DNA of 48,408 bases from an uncultured Collinsella sp. (GCA_900553415.1 USDH01000001.1:1-48408); one strand, 5' to 3'; shown: positions 1-9,866, counted from the stretch's first letter. Notes: generated from the letters alone by a model not told the origin. Program-made: numbers and translations.

Positions 1-1260
1 TCTTCGGGTGGCCGCATATCTTGGAATCTGCATCATGTTTTACGCACCGATGGCAGCGACGATATTCAAAACAGTACGGCATCGACATACAGCATCTTGT
101 CCAATTATGAGCAGAATGTAGTCGACAAAAAAGATGGGGCGTGCATTCCGGTTTCGAAGTCGGAGGACGGTGCCGCCTACGTTCTTTCTCTCGATGTCAT
201 GGATACGGTTACGTTTAGCCCGAGCCAATACTATACAGAGAGCGACCATCTGTTCTATCAGCTCGATACATCGCTGTGTCGCTATGGCGCCAACAACAAC
301 CTAATGGGAGTAAGCAGTTTCCCGAGCGGAACTTCGGCAATTGCGAAGTTCTATGTTGCCATCGGCAATCAGAACTACAGGTGGAGTGGCAGCGATTGGG
401 AGCCGTATGACGCTTCGACGCCTGCGTTTACACAGATTGTGACGGATACGGGTGATGACTCACTGAGGCTCACGCTCGACCATGACCTTGCCGGAATCCG
501 CAAGCGTGCAGCGGGCGGATCCTTTACCGTGCGTACGGTAGTGGAAGAGATTCGCCTTACGCCGGACGGCTGCAACAAGGTTATCTCCCTGTCCAAGCAG
601 TCTGGCGAGGACGCCTGTACCAAGATGTCCTATACCGCCAAGCTTTCGACGCGTAAGGAAGGCCTTAATACCTCGAGCCTGACGCAGACGAAGCGCGGTA
701 ACGTCGGGTACTATCGCATGGACACGGGTGATACGACCATTACGCTTTCTGCGCCAGATAAGTCGCAGCTTGGCATTAACGTGGACGACCTGCGTCCGAT
801 CGCGAATGGCACGATTGGTCTGGGTGCCACGTATGAACTGGGTGGACTCAGCAACGCCGCCGAGGCAATTGCGAACGCAGACTCTGTTGTGTACACGCTC
901 TCGCTTCAGCGCCGCGGAACCGACGGCACGTATGAGAGCGTAACGGATGATATCTCAAACTACGTAACAGTGACGGAGAGTAAGCTTGCCGCGGTCGCTC
1001 CCTCCGGTAGCACGATCACCTTCACTGACTCGAAGGAGAACGGCAAGTTCAAAACGAAGAACGGTAATACGACGTTTAGCCTGCCCTTTACCGTTAAGGT
1101 CAACACGCAGGTTGAACAGCGTGAGCAGTTCTACGCGAACTATCGCTTGGTGATGACAGCGAGCCTGGTTAAGGGTGACGTGGCGAGCGCAACGCCTCAA
1201 TCGCCCGACTATGTGACCTATACGCTCACGAGGGTGAACCTCAACGGCATCGACCACTAG
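1..1260 (+). CDS. C-terminal part of a large hypothetical protein (5' end outside window)
   Basis: Frame 1 is open from base 1 to TAG at 1258-1260. Thr/Ser/Asp-rich, beta-strand-like composition; no LPXTG or C-terminal TM anchor; followed by a terminator. Confidence 0.75.
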   Translation, partial: SSGGRISWNLHHVLRTDGSDDIQNSTASTYSILSNYEQNVVDKKDGACIPVSKSEDGAAYVLSLDVMDTVTFSPSQYYTESDHLFYQLDTSLCRYGANNNLMGVSSFPSGTSAIAKFYVAIGNQNYRWSGSDWEPYDASTPAFTQIVTDTGDDSLRLTLDHDLAGIRKRAAGGSFTVRTVVEEIRLTPDGCNKVISLSKQSGEDACTKMSYTAKLSTRKEGLNTSSLTQTKRGNVGYYRMDTGDTTITLSAPDKSQLGINVDDLRPIANGTIGLGATYELGGLSNAAEAIANADSVVYTLSLQRRGTDGTYESVTDDISNYVTVTESKLAAVAPSGSTITFTDSKENGKFKTKNGNTTFSLPFTVKVNTQVEQREQFYANYRLVMTASLVKGDVASATPQSPDYVTYTLTRVNLNGIDH

Positions 1261-1286
1261 TTCCGAAGCCAACTAGCTTCGCAAAG

Positions 1287-1320
1287 GGGGCGGCAACCAC
1301 CCGGTTGCCGCCCCTTTTCT
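1287..1320 (+). terminator. Intrinsic terminator
   Basis: 12-bp stem GGGGCGGCAACC / GGTTGCCGCCCC (1287-1314) with a 4-nt loop, followed by TTTTCT. Confidence 0.8.
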
Positions 1321-1334
1321 TGTTCAAGACTTTA

Positions 1335-2071
1335 GTCTGCTGGCCGCGCAGCGGCCAGCTTTAAACCACCCGCTACGCGGGTGGAGACAAACGGCTTTAC
1401 AAAGCCACCCCTCCGACCGATATTGACGATTGTTCAGGCCGTCAAGAATTCGAGTCGAAGGGGTGGTCGCCATGGCCCAGAAGGCCTACAGCCTTTCCCA
1501 CACGAAGTGGATGTGCAAGTACCACATCGTGTTCACGCCGAAGTATAGGCGCAAAGTGATCTACAACCAAATCAGGAGCGACATAGGGGAGATCCTCAGG
1601 AAGCTGTGCGAGTACAAGGGGATCGAGATAATCGAGGGGCACCTGATGCCCGACCACGTGCACGTGCTGCTGGCGATCCCGCCGAAGTACAGCGTCGCGA
1701 GCGTCATGGGCTACCTGAAGGGGAAGAGCTCGCTGATGATATTCGACAGGCACGCCAACCTCAAGTACAAGTTCGGCAACAGGAAGTTCTGGGCGGAGGG
1801 CTACTACGTGTCCACCGTCGGCCTGAACGAGGCGACGATCGCCAAGTACATCAGGGAGCAGGAGTCCCACGACATCGCGCTGGACAAGCTGAGCGTGAAG
1901 GAGTACGAGGACCCCTTCAAGAGGAGGTGATCCTGCCGGTTCGACCGGCGCGCCACGGGTCAAGATGCACTAGGCCTGGACGAAGTCCGGGCCCGCGCCT
2001 TTAGACGCGAGCCCGGGGCCCGTGGGTTATACCCTAAGAGCAAACCACCCTTTTTAAGGGTGGTTCTGATT
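1335..2071 (+). mobile_element. IS200/IS605-family insertion sequence, tnpA only (ends approximate)
   Basis: Y1 transposase flanked by related subterminal hairpins: CCACCCGC-TAC-GCGGGTGG (1366-1384) and AACCACCCTT-TTT-AAGGGTGGTT (2043-2065). No tnpB ORF; no terminal inverted repeats, as expected for this family. Confidence 0.85.
1472..1930 (+). CDS. tnpA: IS200/IS605 Y1 (HUH) transposase TnpA, 152 aa
   Basis: Motifs YHIVFTPKYRR, HUH (DHVHVL), KGKSS, FWAEGYYVSTVG and catalytic YIREQ. Confidence 0.95.
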   Translation: MAQKAYSLSHTKWMCKYHIVFTPKYRRKVIYNQIRSDIGEILRKLCEYKGIEIIEGHLMPDHVHVLLAIPPKYSVASVMGYLKGKSSLMIFDRHANLKYKFGNRKFWAEGYYVSTVGLNEATIAKYIREQESHDIALDKLSVKEYEDPFKRR

Positions 2072-2217
2072 AAAAGAAGTGAAAAGCAGAATAGGTAGTC
2101 ATTGGACGTTCTTAAACGACTGGTCGCCGGGGGCATTCTTTACACGCCTCACCGTCTGCGAATTTTGGGACATGTGGCCCGATTTTTGGGCCTATCTGTC
2201 GGTACACTAAAAGCACT

Positions 2218-4101
2218 ATGGGTACCCGCGAGCGACATATCGGCCATGCGGCCGCCCGATCCGCACCCGTGGCGGATCCCAGGGGCGGCAGGCTCTTCGC
2301 CATGCCGCGATTCCTTGTGGGCATATCGCATCGTGTATACCGCCACCGCGTCTTTGTTATCGCCGGCGCCATTACCGCGCTGTTCCTTATGCTTTTGGCA
2401 GTCTTGCCGGCACTGTTTGCCTCCGACCCCAAGCTTTCCAACACCGTGCCCGCCTATAGCGAGGTGTCCGAAGAGGTCGTGGATGCGCTCGTCCACTCGA
2501 GCTCTCTCCCGCTGCTTGTCGCCGCAATTGCATTTTCAATCTGGGGTGTGTTGGCGTACCTACGCTGTTTGGACTATGTGTTGCGCCGCCGCCTTGTTGC
2601 CGTCGCCACCATCTGCGCCCTCTGGATGATTGAGGTCATCCTCAAATACAAGTCGTTCACACCGGTTTACGCCACGATCCTGTGGTACCTGTACTACGTG
2701 CCCATGACGCTCATTCCGCTGCTCTACCAGCTGTGCGGCCTGCGCCTCGCGGGCGTGGAACAGCACCGTATGGGGCGTCGCTATCGCAGCATCCTGTGGG
2801 TCGTGGCCATCCTACTTATCGGTTTTGTGCTCACCAACGATTTCCACCGGCAGGTATTCCACTTTGACCGTGCAAGCGACACCTGGAGCAACGATTACAC
2901 ATATGGCTGGGGCTATTTCGCTGTCTTGGTGTGGACGGCCTTTAACTTCGCGGCCTTTTTTATCCTGGTGGGTCGGTCCTCGTCCTTTCGCATTCAGCGC
3001 TTTTCGGGCACGGCGGCGCTTGTTTTGTTGGGTGCTGCGTTCTTTGCCATCTCGTATGCTCTGCGTGTGCCCTGGGCATGGAGGCTCAACTTCTCGCTCG
3101 TCTATTGCGTCTTGTGCGTGGTGGCGATGGAAATCTGTCTCGATTGCGGTGTCATTCCGTCATATCACGACATCGCCGGCATCTTCGACACCTTGCCGCT
3201 CGACCTCAAAGTTCTAACGCGCGACCTGCAGGAAGTCTATGCCACACCGGTGTCGAAGCCAATGCCGGCGGGCGTGTGCGAAGAGCTTCGGGCCCAGGAA
3301 CACGGGCATGCCCATGCCTTTGCCGTGGTGTCCGATCCCGATGTGATGTACCGTGCCTTTCCGCTGCTGGGCGGATCGGCCCTGCTTGCCCAAGACGTGT
3401 CGGAACTTAACGAGCTTAACCGTGAACTGGCACATCGTCGTATGGAGCTGCAGCGCCAAAATGAGCTGCTCACGGCCGATTACGATCTTAAGACGCATCT
3501 GGCAGATCAAGAGGCCGAGACCTTACTGGTCCAAGACGTGGACCAGGCGCTTGCCCGTGCGTTCGATGAGATGTACGACCTGCTGAGCTCGCTGCCACCG
3601 TTGACCGACGAGGCGTCTTCGCGCGAGCGTTACCGCATGCTGCAGCGCGCCAAGATGCTCGTTGCCTATTGCAAGCGCAAAGGGTCGCTCACGTTGGCAC
3701 AACACGGGAAGAGCGGTTTTGATCGCGACCGCATTCAGCTCATTGCCAATGAGCTCGCAAGCGACCTGCGCACCATCGATGTCGATTGCGCTTCGATTAT
3801 CGCCATACGGCGCCCGATGCACGCCGGTACGGTAAGTGCCCTGTACGACTGCGTGTATGACTTTGCGTTTTTTGCCTACACCACCGACCATCCAGCGCTT
3901 ATGTATCACTTGGGCGACCATGACCGGTGCAGTGTCGAGCTGCGCGCCACGCTTTTTTCCAACGATGATGAAGATCTTTCGCAGACGCCCGCTGCGCAAG
4001 AGCTCGAAAGCGCTCTGCAAGGGCGCAACGTGGCATACCGCCTTGAGGGCGAGTCCGGCCAGCTGCGCATGATCGTCTTGATGCCGAGGGCGGGTGAGTG
4101 A
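2218..4101 (+). CDS. Multi-TM sensor, HisKA_7TM-like, with a degenerate kinase-like C-terminus (start codon uncertain, 2218 or 2302)
   Basis: About 8 hydrophobic segments including LTNDFHRQVF and YGWGYF, then a coiled coil. No clear H-box or N/G boxes. Stop overlaps the next start (GTGA). Confidence 0.7.
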   Translation: MGTRERHIGHAAARSAPVADPRGGRLFAMPRFLVGISHRVYRHRVFVIAGAITALFLMLLAVLPALFASDPKLSNTVPAYSEVSEEVVDALVHSSSLPLLVAAIAFSIWGVLAYLRCLDYVLRRRLVAVATICALWMIEVILKYKSFTPVYATILWYLYYVPMTLIPLLYQLCGLRLAGVEQHRMGRRYRSILWVVAILLIGFVLTNDFHRQVFHFDRASDTWSNDYTYGWGYFAVLVWTAFNFAAFFILVGRSSSFRIQRFSGTAALVLLGAAFFAISYALRVPWAWRLNFSLVYCVLCVVAMEICLDCGVIPSYHDIAGIFDTLPLDLKVLTRDLQEVYATPVSKPMPAGVCEELRAQEHGHAHAFAVVSDPDVMYRAFPLLGGSALLAQDVSELNELNRELAHRRMELQRQNELLTADYDLKTHLADQEAETLLVQDVDQALARAFDEMYDLLSSLPPLTDEASSRERYRMLQRAKMLVAYCKRKGSLTLAQHGKSGFDRDRIQLIANELASDLRTIDVDCASIIAIRRPMHAGTVSALYDCVYDFAFFAYTTDHPALMYHLGDHDRCSVELRATLFSNDDEDLSQTPAAQELESALQGRNVAYRLEGESGQLRMIVLMPRAGE

Positions 4102-5597
4102 CGATGCAGATTTCGTTCATCCTTCCCCAAATCGTTGCGCTCGATGTTGTCTTTGCCCTGGCTGCGTGTCTGCAGACGATCCACGTCCCGCTCATCGCAT
4201 CGCGCCGCTCGTCCTATAACCGTAAGGTGATTTGCGCCTACGAGGCGAGCCTTGTGCTTCACCTGATGATTTCGGCGCTCATCTTATTCGCGTCGTCTGG
4301 CTCGTATCTGGTGGCGCCGCTCAATGTTTGCGCCAGGGCAATGGGCGGGGTGCTGTGGCTCGATGCCGCGATCTTTGCCTACGGCGTGGTGCTTATGGTG
4401 CACTATCGTCGCCCCGTCATGCTGGCCGAGCTGCTACTCATTGCCGCCGTGACACCGCCGGTGGTTTTTGCCATGGGCTCGGCGTGGGCCGTTGTCCTTA
4501 TCGCAGAGGGAGCGTTCTTCCTGTTCCGCTCCATCGCGGCGCTCTTGATGGACGTCCGTAACCGCCAGGAAGATATCACTGCGTTCTCGACGATTGAAAC
4601 CATCAACGTGATTCCCGTGGGCATCCTGTATCTGGACCCGAGGGGCCGTCCGCTGCTCATGAACCGCTGCATGCGAAAAAACCTGGTGGAGCTTCACATG
4701 CCCACCGACTTGCACGATATGAGCGGCACATGGAACGGCCTTCGAAAGCTCAGCGCCCAGATGCCCGAGAGCAGCAAAGACCGCGTTCGAATTGACCTGG
4801 ATCGCTTTGGTGAGACACGCGCGGTGGTCGAGGTTTCTCCCTCCGAGATTCGCCTGTTTGTGTGCGACGACGTTATGGTTTCGGGTCGCCCCTTGGAGCG
4901 CATCATCGGCTTGGACGTGACGGAGTACGCACATGCCCATGACCGCCTGGCGCACGCCAACCGACTGCTCGAGCTTGCGGGCCAAGAACTTCAATCGCAG
5001 ATCGAAGAGGTCAAAAAAGTTGCTGACAATGCGGCCTATCTGCGCATGCGCGCCCGCGTGCACGACGTGATCGGGCAGCGCCTGTCCATCCTCCATCGTT
5101 ATCTGGAGGAGGGACGCCTGGATGACGAGTCACTCGAGCAGATCGACCCGCTGCTGCGCTCAATCGCTGCCGATCTGCGCAGCGGGGGCGACGCCGAACC
5201 GGCAGAGCAACTGGGCGATATCGTCCATGCCTTTGGTCTGGTGAGCGTGCAGATCGATGTGGAGGGCGAGCTGCCAAGCGACGCGCGTGTCGCGGCAGCC
5301 TTTTTGCAGATTATCCGCGAAGCCTCGACCAATGCCACCAAGCATGCACAGGCCCATCAGGTCCATGTGTGCCTGTGGCAGGAGACGTCGGAAGACGGCG
5401 CTGTTGCGCGGATGACCGTTTCTAACGATGGCGCGCCTGCACCCGTATCGTATCGCGAGGGAACGGGTATCCCTGGTATGAGGCATGTCGCACAGAATCT
5501 GGGCGGCAGCCTAGAAGTCCACGCCGCCCCGCCCTTTACGCTTGCGGTGTCCATCCCGCTCGCCTCCAACGCCACGGTCCAAAGGAGAAGCTCATGA
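4098..5597 (+). CDS. Sensor histidine kinase, HisKA_3/NarX-like
   Basis: N-terminal TMs, PAS-like linker, H-box RVHDVIGQRLS, N-box REASTNATKHA, VSNDG and GTGIPGMR boxes. Confidence 0.85.
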   Translation: MTMQISFILPQIVALDVVFALAACLQTIHVPLIASRRSSYNRKVICAYEASLVLHLMISALILFASSGSYLVAPLNVCARAMGGVLWLDAAIFAYGVVLMVHYRRPVMLAELLLIAAVTPPVVFAMGSAWAVVLIAEGAFFLFRSIAALLMDVRNRQEDITAFSTIETINVIPVGILYLDPRGRPLLMNRCMRKNLVELHMPTDLHDMSGTWNGLRKLSAQMPESSKDRVRIDLDRFGETRAVVEVSPSEIRLFVCDDVMVSGRPLERIIGLDVTEYAHAHDRLAHANRLLELAGQELQSQIEEVKKVADNAAYLRMRARVHDVIGQRLSILHRYLEEGRLDDESLEQIDPLLRSIAADLRSGGDAEPAEQLGDIVHAFGLVSVQIDVEGELPSDARVAAAFLQIIREASTNATKHAQAHQVHVCLWQETSEDGAVARMTVSNDGAPAPVSYREGTGIPGMRHVAQNLGGSLEVHAAPPFTLAVSIPLASNATVQRRSS

Positions 5598-6206
5598 TCC
5601 GCGTGTTAATCGTCGAAGACCAGGCTATCTTGCGCGAGAGCCTCGCGCGTTCCGTGGGCGACCAGCCCGACATGACCGTTGTCGCCGCGATCGCCGACGC
5701 CTCGGATGCCTTGGACGTTGTGCTTAAGGAGCGTCCGGACATGATACTGATGGATGTATGCACCGAGCACGATTCCAACGGCATCGTGGCGGCGGCGCGC
5801 ATCAAAGAGCGGCTGCCCGAGTGCCGCGTCATCATCATGACGGGTATGCCCGAGATCACCTTTGTGGACCAGGCGCGCGAGGCGGGCGTCGATAGCTTTG
5901 AACGTCGGTATCGACGAGCTATTCGCCGTGATGCGCTCCTCGCTGGCGGGCTACTGCACGTTTCCCAAGCCGCCCGAGAGCATCTTCTCCGGCACGGCGG
6001 CCCTCGACGATGTCGAGCTGTCGATTTTGCGCCTTGCCTGCGAGGGTAAAAGCCGCCGCGAGATTGCGGCCGAGCTGTTTATGAGCGAGGGCACCATCAA
6101 ACGCCGCATCTCGGAGATCCTCAACAAGACCGGCTACGACAACATCATGCGCCTGGCCGTGCGCGCGGTGACCGAGGGCAGCATCGTTCCCAACATGGAG
6201 CGCTAA
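5594..6206 (+). pseudogene. NarL/LuxR-family response regulator, frameshifted near 5900
   Basis: The receiver domain (VLIVEDQ, ILMDV, IIMT, AGVDSF) reads from 5594. The rest (NVGIDELFAVMR and the LuxR HTH EIAAELFMSEGTIKRRISEIL) is in another frame ending at 6206. Confidence 0.8.
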
Positions 6207-6226
6207 CGCTCGTTACGCATCGGCAT

Positions 6227-6267
6227 AAAAGCGACGGGGCCGCAGGATCAACTCCTGCGGCCCCGTC
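6227..6267 (-). terminator. Intrinsic terminator between convergent genes
   Basis: 15-bp stem GACGGGGCCGCAGGA / TCCTGCGGCCCCGTC (6233-6267); GCTTTT follows on the minus strand. Confidence 0.75.
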
Positions 6268-6315
6268 TGGTGTGCGCGGATGTGTCCGCCAATCCGCGGC
6301 TGTCGTGGTCTACCG

Positions 6316-7155
6316 CTACGCGATGGTTGCGCTGTAGGAGGCGACGTCCTCGTAGGAATCGGTCAGGTAGGCGTCGATACCGATGGTCGTGTTGACCAGG
6401 CTGTCGAAGCTGTCAAGCGTGCCCTTCGAGAAGGTGAACTCTTCGGTGGCGTTGGTGCCGGGCATCAGGTGGGCCGAGAACCAGGCTTCCTTCATGGTGC
6501 CGTTGACGTTTGTCTTGCCGGTGGGAGCGTAGAAGGTCAGGTCCTTGTCGCTCTTGTTGGTGATGTTGACGACAAAGCCGATGTCGCCCCAGTCGTCCTG
6601 GAACTTCTCGGTGATGGTGATGGTGCACAGATCGTCATCGGCGACGGTGACGGCGGGGGATATTTCGACGCTCTGGACATCGCCGTCTTCGACGGCCTCC
6701 TCGACTTCCTCTTCCTTCTCGGCGGCCTCGCGATCCTTCTTCACGGTACCGGATAGGTCCTTATCGGACTTGCTAAAGATGAGCTTGTCCTCGCCGTCCT
6801 CAAGGACAAGCTTGCCGTCCTCGAGCTTCACGTCGGTCGTCTCCTTGTCGACGGTGATACTCGCGGTGGTAGCGTCCTTGGCCTCCCACTTTAGGTCGGA
6901 AACTTCGGAGAACAAATCGAGGCTGCCCGTGCCGTCTTCGTCCAGGACCAAGATGCAGCTGATGCCCCATTCCCCGAACATATCCATATACTCATCGGTC
7001 AGCTCTTCGCCCTCCGTGGTTCCACCCGAGAGCTTCCAGCTGCCGACAAAGTTTGCCTTGGGGTCTTTGCCGCCGCTGCAGCCCGTGAGGGCAAAGGCGA
7101 GCGCCAAGACGCATGTCAGAAATGCGAGCGCGGACTTTTTGAACGTTGTCTTCAT
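6316..7155 (-). CDS. Acidic two-domain lipoprotein of unknown function
   Basis: Signal peptide with lipobox LTGC, FVGSWKL (lipocalin-like start), Glu-rich linker; SD AAGGAGG. Confidence 0.85.
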   Translation of the reverse strand: MKTTFKKSALAFLTCVLALAFALTGCSGGKDPKANFVGSWKLSGGTTEGEELTDEYMDMFGEWGISCILVLDEDGTGSLDLFSEVSDLKWEAKDATTASITVDKETTDVKLEDGKLVLEDGEDKLIFSKSDKDLSGTVKKDREAAEKEEEVEEAVEDGDVQSVEISPAVTVADDDLCTITITEKFQDDWGDIGFVVNITNKSDKDLTFYAPTGKTNVNGTMKEAWFSAHLMPGTNATEEFTFSKGTLDSFDSLVNTTIGIDAYLTDSYEDVASYSATIA

Positions 7156-7235
7156 GGTGTCCTCCTTCTTGTGTGAAAACCCATAGAAGCAAATGCGGGG
7201 GCGGCGGAACCCCCGCCAATTACCAGATAAAGGGG

Positions 7236-8471
7236 TTAGGGCCTAGGCGTTCCGCAGTTGCTGCAGAACTTGCCGCCGTTTTCGCTACCGCAGTTGGGGC
7301 AGAACCACTTGGCCGGTGCCGGGGCGGGTGCGGGACTACCGCACTCGGAGCAGAACTTGCCGGTGTTGGTGGCGCCGCAGCTGCAGGTCCATGCGCCGGC
7401 CGCAGGCGCGGCGGCAGGAGCCGGGGCGGGTGCCGGAGCCGGTTGCGGGGCGGCCTGCTGCTGTGCCTGGCCGGCGGCGAACAGCTGGCTGGCGTTCATG
7501 CCGCCCATGCCACCTGCCATGCCCATGCCCATAAAGCCTGCCATCGCGCCGTTGGGGTTGGCGGCTGCCGCGCGCATCGCGTCGCTCTGGGCACTGGCGA
7601 TGTTGGCGGCCGCCATGGTGGGATCGCGCATGACCGCGGCCTTCTGCAGGTCCTTGATCATCTGCTCGTCCTCTTGCGAGGCGGCGATGGAGTTGACGCC
7701 AAAGCTCACGATCTCGACGCCGCGCAGGTCACGCCAGTCGGCAGAGAGGACCTCGTTGAGCGCGCGGGCGAGCTCGGTGGTGTGGCCGGGGATGGCGCTG
7801 TAGCGGATGCCCATCTCCGAGATCTTGGCAAAGGCGGGCTGCAGGGCGGTGAGCAGCTCGGATTTGAGCTGGCTGTCGATCTGGTCGCGCGTGTAGCTGT
7901 CGGTCACGTTGCCGCATACGTTGGTGTAGAACAGCAGCGGGTTGGTGATGCGGTACGAATACTCGCCGTTGCAGCGCACGGAGATGTCGACGTCCAGGCC
8001 AATGTTCTTGTCGACCACGCGGAAGGGCACGGGAGAGGCGGTGCCGTACTTGTTGCCGATGATCTCCTTGGTGTTGATGAAGTAGACGCGCTGGTCCTTG
8101 CCCGCGTCGCCGCCAAAGGTAAAGCGGCTGCCGATGTTGGCGAAGGTTTCCTTGATGGAATCGCCCAGGTTGCCGCTAAAGACGCTCGGCTCGCTGCCGG
8201 TGTCAAAGACAAACTCGCCGGGTTCCAGCGCGACCTCGATGATCTTGCCGTTTTGCACCACGAGCATACCCTGGCCGTCGTTGACGGCGATGACGGAGCC
8301 GTTGGAGATGACGTTGTCCTCGCCGCGCGTGTTGGAGCTGCGGCCGCCGGTGCGCTTGCTGCCCTTGCAGGCCAAGACGTCAGCGGGCATCGATTCGCAA
8401 TAGATAAATTCCTTCCACTGGTCGGCCATGACGCCGCCGGCAGCTCCCAATCCAGCTTTCAAGAGTCCCAT
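7236..8471 (-). CDS. SPFH/band-7 domain protein with C-terminal double zinc ribbon (YdjI-like)
   Basis: MGLLKA...ADQWKEFIYC start, SPFH-like core, Ala/Pro linker, then four Cys pairs in WTCSCG..FCSECG and WFCPNCG..FCSNCG. Confidence 0.85.
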   Translation of the reverse strand: MGLLKAGLGAAGGVMADQWKEFIYCESMPADVLACKGSKRTGGRSSNTRGEDNVISNGSVIAVNDGQGMLVVQNGKIIEVALEPGEFVFDTGSEPSVFSGNLGDSIKETFANIGSRFTFGGDAGKDQRVYFINTKEIIGNKYGTASPVPFRVVDKNIGLDVDISVRCNGEYSYRITNPLLFYTNVCGNVTDSYTRDQIDSQLKSELLTALQPAFAKISEMGIRYSAIPGHTTELARALNEVLSADWRDLRGVEIVSFGVNSIAASQEDEQMIKDLQKAAVMRDPTMAAANIASAQSDAMRAAAANPNGAMAGFMGMGMAGGMGGMNASQLFAAGQAQQQAAPQPAPAPAPAPAAAPAAGAWTCSCGATNTGKFCSECGSPAPAPAPAKWFCPNCGSENGGKFCSNCGTPRP

Positions 8472-8519
8472 GGTGATCTTCCTTTCTTGTCAAAGGCCGG
8501 GCGGTGTTGGTCGGGATGA

Positions 8520-9842
8520 TTAATCGTCCTTGCTGTCCTTCATGACAACGGTGGTCTCGGTGTGGCTGAAGGTGTCGTGTTTCTCGGTCAGGTCGAGCTC
8601 GCCGCAGTACTCGTCGGCGTGGGTGGCCTCGTTGGCCGTCTTGAGCTGGCCTACCAGTAGCACGTCTCCGATAATCACGATGATCAGCGGCGCGATGATG
8701 TTGATGAGGATGCCCTCGATATCAAGGGTGAGGTAATCCGGATCGAAGGCGTTCTCATCCATGAAGAGGATTTGGGAGAGGATAAATCCGATCACAAAGA
8801 ACAGCACCGAGGCGATGGCGAGCTTAGGCTTGGAGCAGGGGAGCTCGCCGACCAAGCGGCCGGTCTGGCCGTTCATGGCAAACAGGTAGCTCTTGCCGTT
8901 CCACGAGGTGGAAAGCATCCAGACGGGGAACAAGGCGTAGTCGCTGTCTTCCCAGGTGTAGTCGAGCTGCTTGCTTTCGACCGTGGCATCGTCATATTCG
9001 TCGACGACGGTCTCGCGCAGGGCCGAGATCGTGCTTTCTTCCATACGGCGCTCGGCGCGCGCCTTGCAGGTTTCGCAATCCTCGTCATAGCGGTTGGCGA
9101 TATAACCGGGCATATAGGCGACCGAGAACGGGCGCAGCGCCTCGTAGTCAAACGGCTCGATGGCATCCATGTGGCCGTCGGGCATCTTGGACGATCCGTC
9201 GACGGGCACGCGCTCAAACGAGATATTACCCTTGCGGTAGGCATCGTAGTGATCGGTGGTCGTGACGGTGCGGTCGGATTCCTCGGTTACGGTCTCGTTG
9301 GTCGCGTCGAAGTACACTTCGCCGTCCACGTGGGCGCCGTAGAGCCAAAACGGCACGTAGACACCTTGGACTTCGTCGATATGGTTGCCGGTGACAAAGC
9401 TCTTGGGCAGCAAGATCTTGCCCTTGTAGTGTTCCTTGAGCGCGGCCATGACATCGTCGCGTCCGAGCTTAAACGGGATTACCAGATCGGGTGAGAAATC
9501 TCCCGAGAGCTGGCCGGGTGCCACGGCGGAGTTGCCGCAGTACGGGCAGGTGGTAACGGCGACAGTCCCATCGGACACGAGCTCGGCGCCGCACGACGAG
9601 CAGATGTAGCCGGCGTTTTGGGCGAGCTCCTGCACCGCGTCGTCGGCGACGGGCTTGGGCGTTGCGGCTGCCGCATCGGCTTTGGCATCTGCCTTGTCCT
9701 GGCGCTCGCGATAGAGGGCCTCGACTTCTTCGACTTCAAAGCGCGAGTCACAGTAGTCGCAGACGAGCTTTTGCTCGGCACTGGCAAAATGCAGGGGACC
9801 ACCGCAGGCAGGGCACTGATAGTTAACGCTCTCGAAGGCCAT
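8520..9842 (-). CDS. Zn-ribbon membrane protein (YdjG-like)
   Basis: CPACGG, CDYCDS, CSSCGA and CPYCGN pairs; GVYVPFW and FAMNGQTG motifs; two C-terminal TMs. Confidence 0.8.
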   Translation of the reverse strand: MAFESVNYQCPACGGPLHFASAEQKLVCDYCDSRFEVEEVEALYRERQDKADAKADAAAATPKPVADDAVQELAQNAGYICSSCGAELVSDGTVAVTTCPYCGNSAVAPGQLSGDFSPDLVIPFKLGRDDVMAALKEHYKGKILLPKSFVTGNHIDEVQGVYVPFWLYGAHVDGEVYFDATNETVTEESDRTVTTTDHYDAYRKGNISFERVPVDGSSKMPDGHMDAIEPFDYEALRPFSVAYMPGYIANRYDEDCETCKARAERRMEESTISALRETVVDEYDDATVESKQLDYTWEDSDYALFPVWMLSTSWNGKSYLFAMNGQTGRLVGELPCSKPKLAIASVLFFVIGFILSQILFMDENAFDPDYLTLDIEGILINIIAPLIIVIIGDVLLVGQLKTANEATHADEYCGELDLTEKHDTFSHTETTVVMKDSKDD

Positions 9843-9866
9843 GATCGGTCCTTTCCGTGCCGGAGG

